Shown here piece after piece: positions 1 through 11,432 of a stretch of DNA of 64,000 nt. Below the pieces are notes generated by a model that made no database searches, was not told the origin of the DNA, and saw nothing but the letters and a program-made list of their open reading frames with translations. Positions within the stretch are counted from its first letter, which is position 1. The number at the start of each line of letters is the position of its first letter. A program made the translations under genes and the position numbers. The stretch is from Chloroflexota bacterium (GTDB taxonomy: Bacteria; Chloroflexota; Anaerolineae; JAAEKA01). The stretch is from the NCBI GenBank assembly GCA_029558955.1, contig JAKQCW010000129.1, positions 104 through 64,103 on the forward strand. The letters are read 5' to 3'.

Positions 1-63
1 CTATGCTCCTGCCGGTTCCGTGAACCGGCAGGTTACCATATTCGCCTGCACCTCCGAGCCAGC

Positions 64-267
64 GGATCACGGATCCGCTGGGAGCGATAGGATCACGGAT
101 CCGCTGGGAGCGATAGATCCGCTGGGGGCGATGGATCCGCTGGGAGCGATAGAGCCGCTGGGAGCGATAGAGCTGCTGGGAGCGATAGAGCCGCTGGGGG
201 CGATGGATCTGCTGGGAGCGATGGAGCCGCTGGGAGCGATGGAGCCGCTGGGAGCGGTAGAGCGATA
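64..267. repeat. 18-bp tandem repeat (GA[TG]CCGCTGGG[AG]GCGAT[AG]) x10, with a 26-bp duplication at its left edge
   Basis: Units at 72, 98, 116, 134, 152, 170, 188, 206, 224, 242; 64-89 is duplicated at 90-115. Confidence 0.95.
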
Positions 268-275
268 ATTGTCAT
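93..275 (-). CDS. Possible small Pro/Ala-rich repeat peptide
   Basis: ATG at 275 preceded by AAGGTGAG, 23 nt after the BCCP stop; almost all of the ORF is the 18-bp repeat (SLPAA[LP] units). Confidence 0.3.
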   Translation of the reverse strand: MTIIALPLPAAPSLPAAPSLPADPSPPAALSLPAALSLPAALSLPADPSPPADLSLPADP

Positions 276-298
276 ACTCTCACCTTACCGTGCTGCCG

Positions 299-832
299 TT
301 AGTGCAGCGTGACCAGCACGTCGCCCTGGTTGACCGAGTTGCCAGGCTTGGCCTTGATGGTGGCGATGACCCCTGGACGCGGCGCGCGTAGCTCGTTTTC
401 CATCTTCATCGCCTCCAGAATCACCAGGGTCTGGCCGGCCGCCACCTCGGCCCCCTCTTCCACCAGCACTTTGACCACCAGGCCGGGGATGGGCGCCTTG
501 ATGGCCGAATCGCCGGCGCCGCCGGCGCTGGCGCCGCTCACCTGGCTGGCCCGGTAGCTGCGTTCATCGAGCACCCGCACCTCGTAGCCCTCGTAGCCCT
601 GGCTGGAGACCATCACGCGGTAGCCGTTGCGCTCCGTCTCCTGGACATGCACCTCGTAGGATTTGCTGTCCAGCAGCAAGGAATAGAGGTCCAACTTGCC
701 GATGCGCTGCAAGTCGGCGCTGAATGACTGCCCATCGATGTGCAGCAGCCCATCCTCGCCCACCTCGATTTCATAGGTTCGACCGCCGCCCACCGGCGCG
801 CCTGTGGGGGTAATGGTAGCAATGTACTTCAT
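299..832 (-). CDS. Biotin carboxyl carrier subunit of acyl-CoA carboxylase
   Basis: EAMKM biotinylation motif, [11 protein letters not shown]-terminal biotinyl domain. Confidence 0.92.
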   Translation of the reverse strand: MKYIATITPTGAPVGGGRTYEIEVGEDGLLHIDGQSFSADLQRIGKLDLYSLLLDSKSYEVHVQETERNGYRVMVSSQGYEGYEVRVLDERSYRASQVSGASAGGAGDSAIKAPIPGLVVKVLVEEGAEVAAGQTLVILEAMKMENELRAPRPGVIATIKAKPGNSVNQGDVLVTLH

Positions 833-892
833 CACAGACTCCTGTCGTCAACCCCCTGCTTCCGGCGGGAGAGGGGGCAGGGGAGGGCGGGC

Positions 893-2380
<1,488 letters not shown>

Positions 2381-2393
2381 AGGGCACCTTTTC

Positions 2394-2951
2394 TTACCAA
2401 TCTACCGTCACAAACACCTGATCAGGTGCAAAGGACTGTTTGGGCAGGCCATGCAGCCAGCGCAGCGCGCCGAAGGAGGGATGAAGCGGGTCCAGCACCA
2501 GCCGCTGGATGTCCACGATGCTGCCCTGCACCGGCTGCCAGAGCAAGTCGCCCACATCCAGCGCCAGCAGGCCGCGCAGGCTGGCCACGCCCATCAACCA
2601 GTCGCCCACGGCCAGCCCAAAGGGGACGCCCGGCCGGTCTGGCTGGTCTGGGTCGATCAAATCAAGGCGCAGCGGCAGGCCGCAGTCCAGCAGCGCCTGG
2701 CAGAGGGGCCCGTCATGGCCGCGCGACTGCTCGATCTGGCTGACGCGGCCGCAGAAAACGCTGCGCTCCAGGCTCAGCGGCTTGAAGGCCGCGCGGCCGT
2801 AGTTGATCGATTCGAACCAGCCGGCCGTTTCATCGCGGCCCGGCAGCAGCGGTCCGGCGTCCAACTGCACCGCCAGCGGCAGGCCAACCATCAGGCCGGC
2901 GCGGTCGTTGGCTGCAAACTGATCGTCGGAAAGGGTGAAGGTGGCGCGCAT
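2394..2951 (-). CDS. Hypothetical protein inside the carboxylase operon
   Basis: 185-aa ORF co-oriented with neighbours, ending 13 nt before accC; no motif recognised. Confidence 0.6.
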   Translation of the reverse strand: MRATFTLSDDQFAANDRAGLMVGLPLAVQLDAGPLLPGRDETAGWFESINYGRAAFKPLSLERSVFCGRVSQIEQSRGHDGPLCQALLDCGLPLRLDLIDPDQPDRPGVPFGLAVGDWLMGVASLRGLLALDVGDLLWQPVQGSIVDIQRLVLDPLHPSFGALRWLHGLPKQSFAPDQVFVTVDW

Positions 2952-3029
2952 CGTTGGATCGTGGGCAGGTTGGCAGCATGAGCCGGCGGTTGACCGGGCG
3001 GCGTCTCGACGGATCGGCCGCTTCGCAGG

Positions 3030-4580
<1,551 letters not shown>

Positions 4581-4667
4581 GGGGGGACCTCCTTCGTTGG
4601 TGAACAGTGCGGACTGTGGCGTTGCACGGTTGCGAGAACCGTGCGGCAATCCAGTCGATGTTTTGTG

Positions 4668-5471
4668 TCAGAAGCTGATCACACCCAACAGCGTCAGCGT
4701 CGCCAGCAGGATCGGCTGATGGATCAGGTAGATCAGCAGCGAGTTCTCGCCCAGCAGGCGCAGCAGCCTGATCAGGGCGTTGTTCGAGTGATCAGCCAGG
4801 CTGAAGCGCCGCTGGCCGCCGGGGTAGAGCAGGCGGCCCAGAAAGATGCCGATCAGCACCCGGCCAAACCAGGGGATCAGCGGGGCGTAATCGACGCCGC
4901 TGCCCGGCGTCGGCGCCAGCCATTCCAGGATGGGCAGGTCCAGCCTGAGCCCCTGAATGGCCGGCCCCAGCAGGATCAGCACAAGGCCCAGCGCCAGGTT
5001 GAGCCAGTTCCTGCGGATGTGCAAAAAGGGATAGGCCAGGATGATCGACAGGCCGATCAGATGCAGGATGCCGAAGCGCACGTAGTAATCTGCGCCCAGC
5101 GCCAGGTAGGTGACGACGCTGATCACCAGGCCCCAGGTGAAGATGGTCAGGCCGCGGATGACGTATTTTGGCCACAGGCTGCCGTTGGGATGGCTGCGGC
5201 GCTCACGGCTGTAGCTCAGCGTCAGCGACAGGCCGACCAGGCCGGTGAAGAGGCTGGCGGTGACGTTTTGCCAGTAGCTCCAGAAGCCGCTGCGCAGGGT
5301 GATGTCGTAGCCGCCCAGGCTGGCCAGGTCCCACAGCAGGTGGTAGACCACCATCATGAAGATGGCCACGCCGCGCAGCGCGTCGATCTCCCACAGGCGG
5401 TCGCCGCGCAACACCCGCACCGGGGTGATGCTGGCGCGCAGGCCTGTGAGGTAGGTGGCGAGTACCGTCAT
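4668..5471 (-). CDS. DUF1624 / heparan-alpha-glucosaminide N-acetyltransferase-like membrane protein
   Basis: RLWEIDALRGVAI, FGILHLIG, DYAPLIPW, SLLIYLIHQP. Confidence 0.85.
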   Translation of the reverse strand: MTVLATYLTGLRASITPVRVLRGDRLWEIDALRGVAIFMMVVYHLLWDLASLGGYDITLRSGFWSYWQNVTASLFTGLVGLSLTLSYSRERRSHPNGSLWPKYVIRGLTIFTWGLVISVVTYLALGADYYVRFGILHLIGLSIILAYPFLHIRRNWLNLALGLVLILLGPAIQGLRLDLPILEWLAPTPGSGVDYAPLIPWFGRVLIGIFLGRLLYPGGQRRFSLADHSNNALIRLLRLLGENSLLIYLIHQPILLATLTLLGVISF

Positions 5472-5578
5472 GGAACTCTCAGTCTGGGTTCATCCGCGAA
5501 AATGACGAGGATGCGCCGTCGGTTCGACAGACTGAACCGGCGCACGGGCCGTCCAGGTTGGCGCGCAGCTCTGGGCGA

Positions 5579-6616
5579 TCAGGCGACCTCCAGCAAGATC
5601 TTGCCGAAATGCTCGCCCTGTTTCATGCGCTCCTCGGCCTGGCGCGCCTCGTGCAGCGGATAGACGCGGTCGATGGGCACGGCCAGCTTGCCGGCGAAGA
5701 TCAGCCGCATCACCGCCTCGAACTCCGGCTGGCTGCCCATGGTCGAGCCGATGATGCTCACCTGGCGGCCAAAGAGGATGTTGATCGGCGTGGAACCGGT
5801 GTAGCCGGTGGTGCCGCCCACGGTCAGCAGCCGGCCACCTTTGCGCAGGGTGCGCAGGCTGGCGTCCCAGGTGGCCGCGCCCACGTTGTCCACCACGATA
5901 TCGACCCCCTGCTTGCCGCTGTGCAGATAGATGGCGCGCGACCAGTTGGGCTCGGCCTCGCGGTCCAGCACCCAATCGGCGCCCTGTTCCAGCGCCTGCT
6001 GGGCTTTCTCCGCGCCGCCGGCCACCACCCAGACCGTGGCGCCCAGCAGCTTGGCCAACGCGATGGTGAAGCTGTTGACGCCGCCGCCCGCGCCGATGAC
6101 CAGCACCGTCTCGCCCGGGCGCAGTTGCCCCTTGGTGATCAACATGCGCCAGGTGGTGACGGCCACGGTGGGCGCGGCCGCGGCCTGCTGCATGGAAAAG
6201 CCATCGGGCACCGCCATCAGGTTGCGCGCCGGGATCTTGACGAACTCGGCAAAGCTGCCGCGGGTGTGCTCGCCCAGGATGGCCCAGGTGTCGCACAGGC
6301 TGTGCTCGCCCCTCAAGCAGTAGGGGCAATGGCCGCACCAGAGGGTCGGGTTGGCGGTCACCGGTTGGCCGGCGGTCCAGCCAGTCACCCGATCGCCCAT
6401 GGCTACCAGCGTGCCGCTGAAGTCGGCGCCGGGGATGTGCGGCAGCTCCAGATCGAGACCTTTCCACCCTTTGACGACAAACTGATCCAAGCGGTTGAGG
6501 GCCGCGTGCTGCACTCGCACCAGCGCCTCGTCGGGGCCAAGCTCGGGGACGGGCAGATCCTCGACGTACTCCAGCATGTCGAGGCTGCCGTGCTGACGAA
6601 AGATAATTGCGCGCAT
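5579..6616 (-). CDS. Zinc-binding alcohol dehydrogenase / quinone oxidoreductase (MDR family)
   Basis: PHIPGAD, CGHCPYC...C, GAGGGV, GEHFGKILL; ATG at 6616 after GGAGG. Confidence 0.9.
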   Translation of the reverse strand: MRAIIFRQHGSLDMLEYVEDLPVPELGPDEALVRVQHAALNRLDQFVVKGWKGLDLELPHIPGADFSGTLVAMGDRVTGWTAGQPVTANPTLWCGHCPYCLRGEHSLCDTWAILGEHTRGSFAEFVKIPARNLMAVPDGFSMQQAAAAPTVAVTTWRMLITKGQLRPGETVLVIGAGGGVNSFTIALAKLLGATVWVVAGGAEKAQQALEQGADWVLDREAEPNWSRAIYLHSGKQGVDIVVDNVGAATWDASLRTLRKGGRLLTVGGTTGYTGSTPINILFGRQVSIIGSTMGSQPEFEAVMRLIFAGKLAVPIDRVYPLHEARQAEERMKQGEHFGKILLEVA

Positions 6617-6675
6617 CACACCTCCCGGAGTCGAGGGCGCTGTGGACTGAGGGTGTACGGCGGGCGATCGGCGGG

Positions 6676-6773
6676 GCGCCGCGCCGGTCGGGCCGGACGA
6701 GACGCCCTCAGGATCAGGCAAGGGAGCGCCGCGCCGGTCGGCCGAACGTGACGCCCTCAGGATCAGGGCAACG
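6676..6773. repeat. Two-copy ~50-bp direct repeat
   Basis: GCGCCGCGCCGGTCGG..GACGCCCTCAGGATCAGG at 6676 and 6726. Confidence 0.85.
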
Positions 6774-6801
6774 ATACAGTGGCGCTATTTTACCACGCCT
6801 G

Positions 6802-9102
6802 TTACATATTGAACAATCGCAGCCATTCGCTGTTCAGGTCATCCCAGCGCGCGCCGTAGTAGACGTGGTCGACGCCGTCGGGGTCGCGATAGACCAGGTC
6901 TGCTGCGGTGTAGGAACGGCGCAGGTAGCCGATGTTGCCCATCCAGTTCACCTGGCTGTCGTCCAGCGGGCGGTCTTGTTCCAGGTGCATGCGCAGCGCG
7001 TAGTGGCGCAGGCTGCCCTCCTTGAGCATTCCTGGCAGCCAAAGCCGGCTCTCCACATGGCGGTTGCCCAGGTTGTGGAACTTGAACATGGGGTCGCTGC
7101 CGTTCTCCTGCACTTCCACTACTTCCAGTCCGGAGCGCGGCAGTTCCACCGCGATCAGCTCGCGCCATTCCGGCTGAAGCTGTTCCGCCGGCACCTCAGC
7201 GTAGAGCAAATCGCGCCCCTGGCGGTTGCGAAAGGCCAGGTTGCAGATGCAGGCGCCCGCGCGGCGCACCACCGAGACGATGCCCATGTTGCCGCGCCAG
7301 CGCACCTTGCTTTCCGCGGCCAGCCGGCCCGGCGCCGCCTTGCCTGGCGGGTCCACGTCGAACAGCGGTTCCCAGGCCTGGCCAATCCAGCCCACCGCCA
7401 CGGCGAAGAAGATGCGTTCGATGCGGCCATCTTCGCTGCGGTAGACCAAATCGCACTTGGCGCGGTTGCGCTGGTCGTAGTATTCGTTCTCCCGATAGAC
7501 GCGCCACAGTCCGAGCTGGCCCTGCCAGCGCACCTGATGATGCAGATCGTGCAGCCGCGGCCGGGCCTCCTGGTAATTCTTGATGGCGTAGAGCCAAACC
7601 GAGGTGGCCGTGAATTCAGAAACCAGGCTCTCGCGGTTGGTGCGCAGGTCAACCACCCGGAAGTACTCGGTGTCGCCGCGCAGCGTCATCCCTACGATCT
7701 CGACCCCCGACTTGGGCAGCTCGATGCCAGGGGCCAGCATGGGGGCATGGTCCAGCCGGGCGCCGGCCGGCGCCTCGTCCCCTTCCACATGCAGCATGTC
7801 GATGATGTCGCCGTGGGTGGCCAGCGTCGTCTCGCCGTTGCGGCGCACATAGATCAGCCGGCCATTCTCCTCGCGCACATAGCAGGGCTTGCGGGCCAGG
7901 TCGCGCACCTCGATCTGCACGATCTCGTGCCCGTCGTAGTTGACGATGTCCACCGACCATTCAGGCTGCGGCGCGACCAGCTCGCTGATCGCGCCCTGGA
8001 AGGCGCGCATGTTGGCCGCGGCGTCGGTCAGGCCGGCAACCGGCAGCTTGGGGTCTGGATCCAGGCCCAGGAAGATGGCGCCGCCCCCGCTGTTGGCCAG
8101 CGCGGCCACGTGCCGGCTCATCTGGTCCGGGTCGTCGATGCAGGTCAGCAGGAGAATCTGATGGTTGGAAGGGCCGGCTGAGCGGGCCTCGGCCACGCGG
8201 TTGTAGCGCGCCACGTCGGAGACGAAGGGAACGCGCAGCCGGTCGAAGTCGTTGCTGGCGAAGAGCTTCAGCAGCGCGTCGAAGGTGGCCTCGGGGAGCA
8301 TCACCTCGCTGGGCCGGTCGCCGACCCCCCAGCGGTGCATCGGGTCGTCCTGGCTTTGGGTTAGTCGGTGGGCGTCAGAGCCCTGCACGCAGAACATGCG
8401 CCGCTCATAGCCCAGGTTCGTGCCGTCGTACCAGTGGGGACTGGAGAAGCCTTGCAACTGCGGGCTGTGGAACGCGCTGAACTCCAGCGCGTGCAGGCTG
8501 GGGTTTTGGGTTGCGCTGATGCGCAGCGCGCCGGTGGGCAGGTTGTTGGCGATGGCCAGCACCCCGGTGGGCGCGTTGATGTGGGCGGCAATGGCAATGC
8601 CGCCGGCCTCGTGGATGATCTTGTAGGCTTCGAGGAAGGCCTGAGTGCCGGGCATGCCGGGGGAACCCAGGCTCATCTTCTCGTAGGGCACGCCAAGCTG
8701 GTGCAGCACCGCCTTGAGGCGTGGAATGCTGGCCTGGCCGCCGGGAGGAAAAACCCCCAGGGTATGGGAACCAAAACGGCAGGTGAACTCAAAACCTGGC
8801 AGAACTGTGATCTTTTCCAACAGCCGGCGATAGTCCGCCAGTTCTTCTCGCTCGTGTTCTTGGAGCCGGTTGCGCTGCTCAAGGCGCTCCAGAAAGTCAA
8901 TCTCGTCGTACAGGGCCTCGTAACCAGCAATTGTGTTGTGGTCTGTGAAGGCAATAATGTCAAGACCTCGGCGCTCTGCTTCTTTGAGGACGTCCAGGTA
9001 ACTGATTTCTTTTTCTACGTAGTCCTCAGAAGCCGGGGTATGAATGTGAAGGTCCATTCTGTACCAGCGCATGGTCTTCGGCAAGGCGTCTGCGTCAACC
9101 AT
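6802..9102 (-). CDS. PHP phosphoesterase + Schlafen/AlbA_2 domain + repeated C-terminal domain protein
   Basis: DLHIHTPAS, IIAFTDHN, PGFE, AAHIN, QGSDAH (PHP); AALANSGGGAIFLG and IYVRRNGET (AlbA_2); internally repeated C-terminal module. Confidence 0.85.
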   Translation of the reverse strand: MVDADALPKTMRWYRMDLHIHTPASEDYVEKEISYLDVLKEAERRGLDIIAFTDHNTIAGYEALYDEIDFLERLEQRNRLQEHEREELADYRRLLEKITVLPGFEFTCRFGSHTLGVFPPGGQASIPRLKAVLHQLGVPYEKMSLGSPGMPGTQAFLEAYKIIHEAGGIAIAAHINAPTGVLAIANNLPTGALRISATQNPSLHALEFSAFHSPQLQGFSSPHWYDGTNLGYERRMFCVQGSDAHRLTQSQDDPMHRWGVGDRPSEVMLPEATFDALLKLFASNDFDRLRVPFVSDVARYNRVAEARSAGPSNHQILLLTCIDDPDQMSRHVAALANSGGGAIFLGLDPDPKLPVAGLTDAAANMRAFQGAISELVAPQPEWSVDIVNYDGHEIVQIEVRDLARKPCYVREENGRLIYVRRNGETTLATHGDIIDMLHVEGDEAPAGARLDHAPMLAPGIELPKSGVEIVGMTLRGDTEYFRVVDLRTNRESLVSEFTATSVWLYAIKNYQEARPRLHDLHHQVRWQGQLGLWRVYRENEYYDQRNRAKCDLVYRSEDGRIERIFFAVAVGWIGQAWEPLFDVDPPGKAAPGRLAAESKVRWRGNMGIVSVVRRAGACICNLAFRNRQGRDLLYAEVPAEQLQPEWRELIAVELPRSGLEVVEVQENGSDPMFKFHNLGNRHVESRLWLPGMLKEGSLRHYALRMHLEQDRPLDDSQVNWMGNIGYLRRSYTAADLVYRDPDGVDHVYYGARWDDLNSEWLRLFNM

Positions 9103-9287
9103 AATGCCATCTCCTGGTACTCTTTTTTGCTCAAGCTATTCGATTGTAACACTGTTGACAGGTCAATTCAGTAGAGAACCTCCGATTGGCGCGTCTTTGA
9201 TCAGTATTCGTGCAGCGGGCTGTGCGGGCAGGAGGGCCTTTGGCGGCGCCGCGGCGGCCTGCTCCGTCACCTGCTGAGATCCGGCGA

Positions 9288-9788
9288 TCAGGCGCTTCCG
9301 TCGCTGTCTTGGGCGTGCAGCGCCTCCAGCAGGCGGCGATAGGTCTGATCCAACGACTCTGGTATGGTGCGCGTCATGCCAATCGTGGACATAAAGCTGG
9401 TGTCGCCGTTCCAGCGCGGCACCACATGGATGTGGACGTGGGACTCGATGCCGGCGCCGGCCGCTTTGCCCAGATTGGCGCCGACGTTGAAGCCCTGCGG
9501 CTGCATCACCTGCCGCAGCGCCGCCAGCCCCCGATTGACCAGCAGCATCATCTCGGTCAGTGTCTCGGCCGGCAGATCCTCCAGGCTTGACACGTGGGCG
9601 CACGGCGCCACCAACAGGTGGCCGTTGGTGTAGGGGTAGCGATTCAGGGCGATGAAGGCGGTCTGGCCGCGCAGCAAGACGTGCTCGTCCTCGTCGTTGC
9701 CGCAGACCAGCTTGTCACAGAACACGCAGCCAGGTGTCTTGTGGGCCATGATGTATTCCATGCGCCAGGGGGACCAGATCAATTCCAC
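9288..9788 (-). CDS. HIT family hydrolase (Ap4A phosphorylase-like)
   Basis: IWSPWRMEYI, CVFC, NRYPYTNGHLLV, AGAGI..HVHIHVVPRW. Confidence 0.92.
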   Translation of the reverse strand: MELIWSPWRMEYIMAHKTPGCVFCDKLVCGNDEDEHVLLRGQTAFIALNRYPYTNGHLLVAPCAHVSSLEDLPAETLTEMMLLVNRGLAALRQVMQPQGFNVGANLGKAAGAGIESHVHIHVVPRWNGDTSFMSTIGMTRTIPESLDQTYRRLLEALHAQDSDGSA

Positions 9789-9960
9789 GCGCTGCGTCCT
9801 GTCATGCTCACTCGGTGAAGTCTCGGTGCAAGCAGCTTACAAGCTCTGTGCGGCCTGCGTCCGGCGTCTGGCGCGGTAGTGTACCAGAAAGGCGCGGCCG
9901 CGTCAAGTGCCGCCGGCCGCGCACGGGAGGTTCGCAGCTCTGGGTTGCGAGCCCTTCCCT

Positions 9961-9989
9961 TTGACAAAACGCCTAAATTCTGGCATTCT
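9961..9989 (+). promoter_or_regulatory. Putative sigma70 promoter
   Basis: TTGACA-17-CATTCT with TG extension, upstream of the 10052 gene. Confidence 0.5.
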
Positions 9990-10051
9990 TGGGAACGCCG
10001 CCTTCTCCCCGGACGTCCGGTGGGTGGACGTGTAAGAGGAAAGGATCCGCC

Positions 10052-10516
10052 GTGCTCGCAGTCTTGCTGGTGCTCAGCCTGCTCTTCAACCCCATGACTC
10101 AGACCATCGACCCCCCGTGGTACGCCGCCACGCGGCTGCCGGCGCGCGGCGAGGTGACCTTCTATGCCCCGGGCGTGATGGAAACAGCCTATCATCTGCG
10201 GCTGGAGCGGGCGCAGGTGCCCTACTGCGACCGGCCGGCCTGCGTGGGCTACATCGCCACCCTGCGGCCGGGCGACCTGGGGCGCAAAGTGTGGCTGGAC
10301 GTGCCCGGCGTCGGCGTCGAGGGGCCTTTTCTGGTGGTGGACTATGCCGCGGCCAAGGATTTCGAGCGGCTGAGCCGCCGCGGGCTGATCGCTGAGGTCG
10401 ACAACGTCACCGCCCGGCGCTGGGGCATGACCCGCCCAATCTTCGATGTGATCATGCTGGCGGAGCCGCCGCGCACCATGCACCGGCAACTGCTGCCGTT
10501 GGTGTTGGTGCAGTAA
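10052..10516 (+). CDS. Secreted protein, RlpA/3D-like double-psi beta-barrel
   Basis: Hydrophobic N-terminus from GTG at 10052 after AGGAAAGG; [30 protein letters not shown] pattern. Confidence 0.55.
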   Translation: MLAVLLVLSLLFNPMTQTIDPPWYAATRLPARGEVTFYAPGVMETAYHLRLERAQVPYCDRPACVGYIATLRPGDLGRKVWLDVPGVGVEGPFLVVDYAAAKDFERLSRRGLIAEVDNVTARRWGMTRPIFDVIMLAEPPRTMHRQLLPLVLVQ

Positions 10517-10638
10517 GGTTGCCGCCTTCATCCGCACTGCACGGGCGCCAGCGTCCTTCGAAGCGGCGAGCCGGGGCCGGGGTGCTGCACAAAGACCGGC
10601 CGAGCACGAACACTTTTCAGGAGGCGAAGGGAGTTGCC

Positions 10639-11349
10639 ATGGTCGAAAGCGAACGCGTCGAATATCGTCCTATGATCCGTGACCTGCCCACGGGCGAGCG
10701 GCCGCGCGAGCGCCTGTTGCACTACGGCGCCGGCGCGCTGAGCACCTCGGAGCTGCTGGCCATCATCCTGCGCGTCGGCACCGGCGGCGAGAATGTGGTG
10801 CGGGTGGCGGAGAAGCTGCTGGCCCGCCACGACGGCCTGCCCGGCCTGGCTCAGGCCACTATCCCGGAGCTATGTCAGGAAAAAGGGGTAGGCGAGGCCA
10901 AGGCGATCCAGGTCAAGGCCGCGCTGGAGCTGGGACGCCGGCTGTTGGTGGCCGCGCCCCACGAGCGACCGCAGATCCGCCAGCCGGCCGACGCGGCCAA
11001 TCTGCTGATGGCCGAGATGTCGCTGCTCGGCCAGGAGCATCTGCGTACCGTGCTGCTGGACAGCCGTAACCGGGTGATCGCCATCCCCACCATCTATGTC
11101 GGCTCGCTCAACGCGGCCTCGGTGCGCGTCGGCGAGGTCTTCCGTGAGGCGATTCGCGCCAACAGCGCGGCCATGATCATCGTCCACAACCACCCCAGCG
11201 GCGACCCCACCCCCAGCCCCGAGGACGTGCAGGTGACGCGTCAGATGGTCGAGGCCGGCAGCCTGCTTGCCATTGACGTGCTGGATCACCTGGTCATCGG
11301 CCGGCAGCGTTTCGTCAGCCTGAAAGAGCGGGGGCTGGGCTTCCGCTAG
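10639..11349 (+). CDS. radC: RadC / JAB-domain protein
   Basis: [46 protein letters not shown]. Confidence 0.95.
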   Translation: MVESERVEYRPMIRDLPTGERPRERLLHYGAGALSTSELLAIILRVGTGGENVVRVAEKLLARHDGLPGLAQATIPELCQEKGVGEAKAIQVKAALELGRRLLVAAPHERPQIRQPADAANLLMAEMSLLGQEHLRTVLLDSRNRVIAIPTIYVGSLNAASVRVGEVFREAIRANSAAMIIVHNHPSGDPTPSPEDVQVTRQMVEAGSLLAIDVLDHLVIGRQRFVSLKERGLGFR

Positions 11350-11432
11350 TACAGGCCGGCGTAAATATTTCTGCTTTGCAGGTTCAGCGGGTGAATTCTA
11401 TTCACCGGCTGATTTGCGGTATACTGCACCTC

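Noticed and set aside
93-95. Selenocysteine readthrough of the TGA
   Set aside because: The TGA arises within a repeat duplication, and the peptide context is not redox-like
10605-10620. LexA box upstream of radC
   Set aside because: GAACACTTTTC does not fit GAAC-N4-GTTC in spacing or sequence
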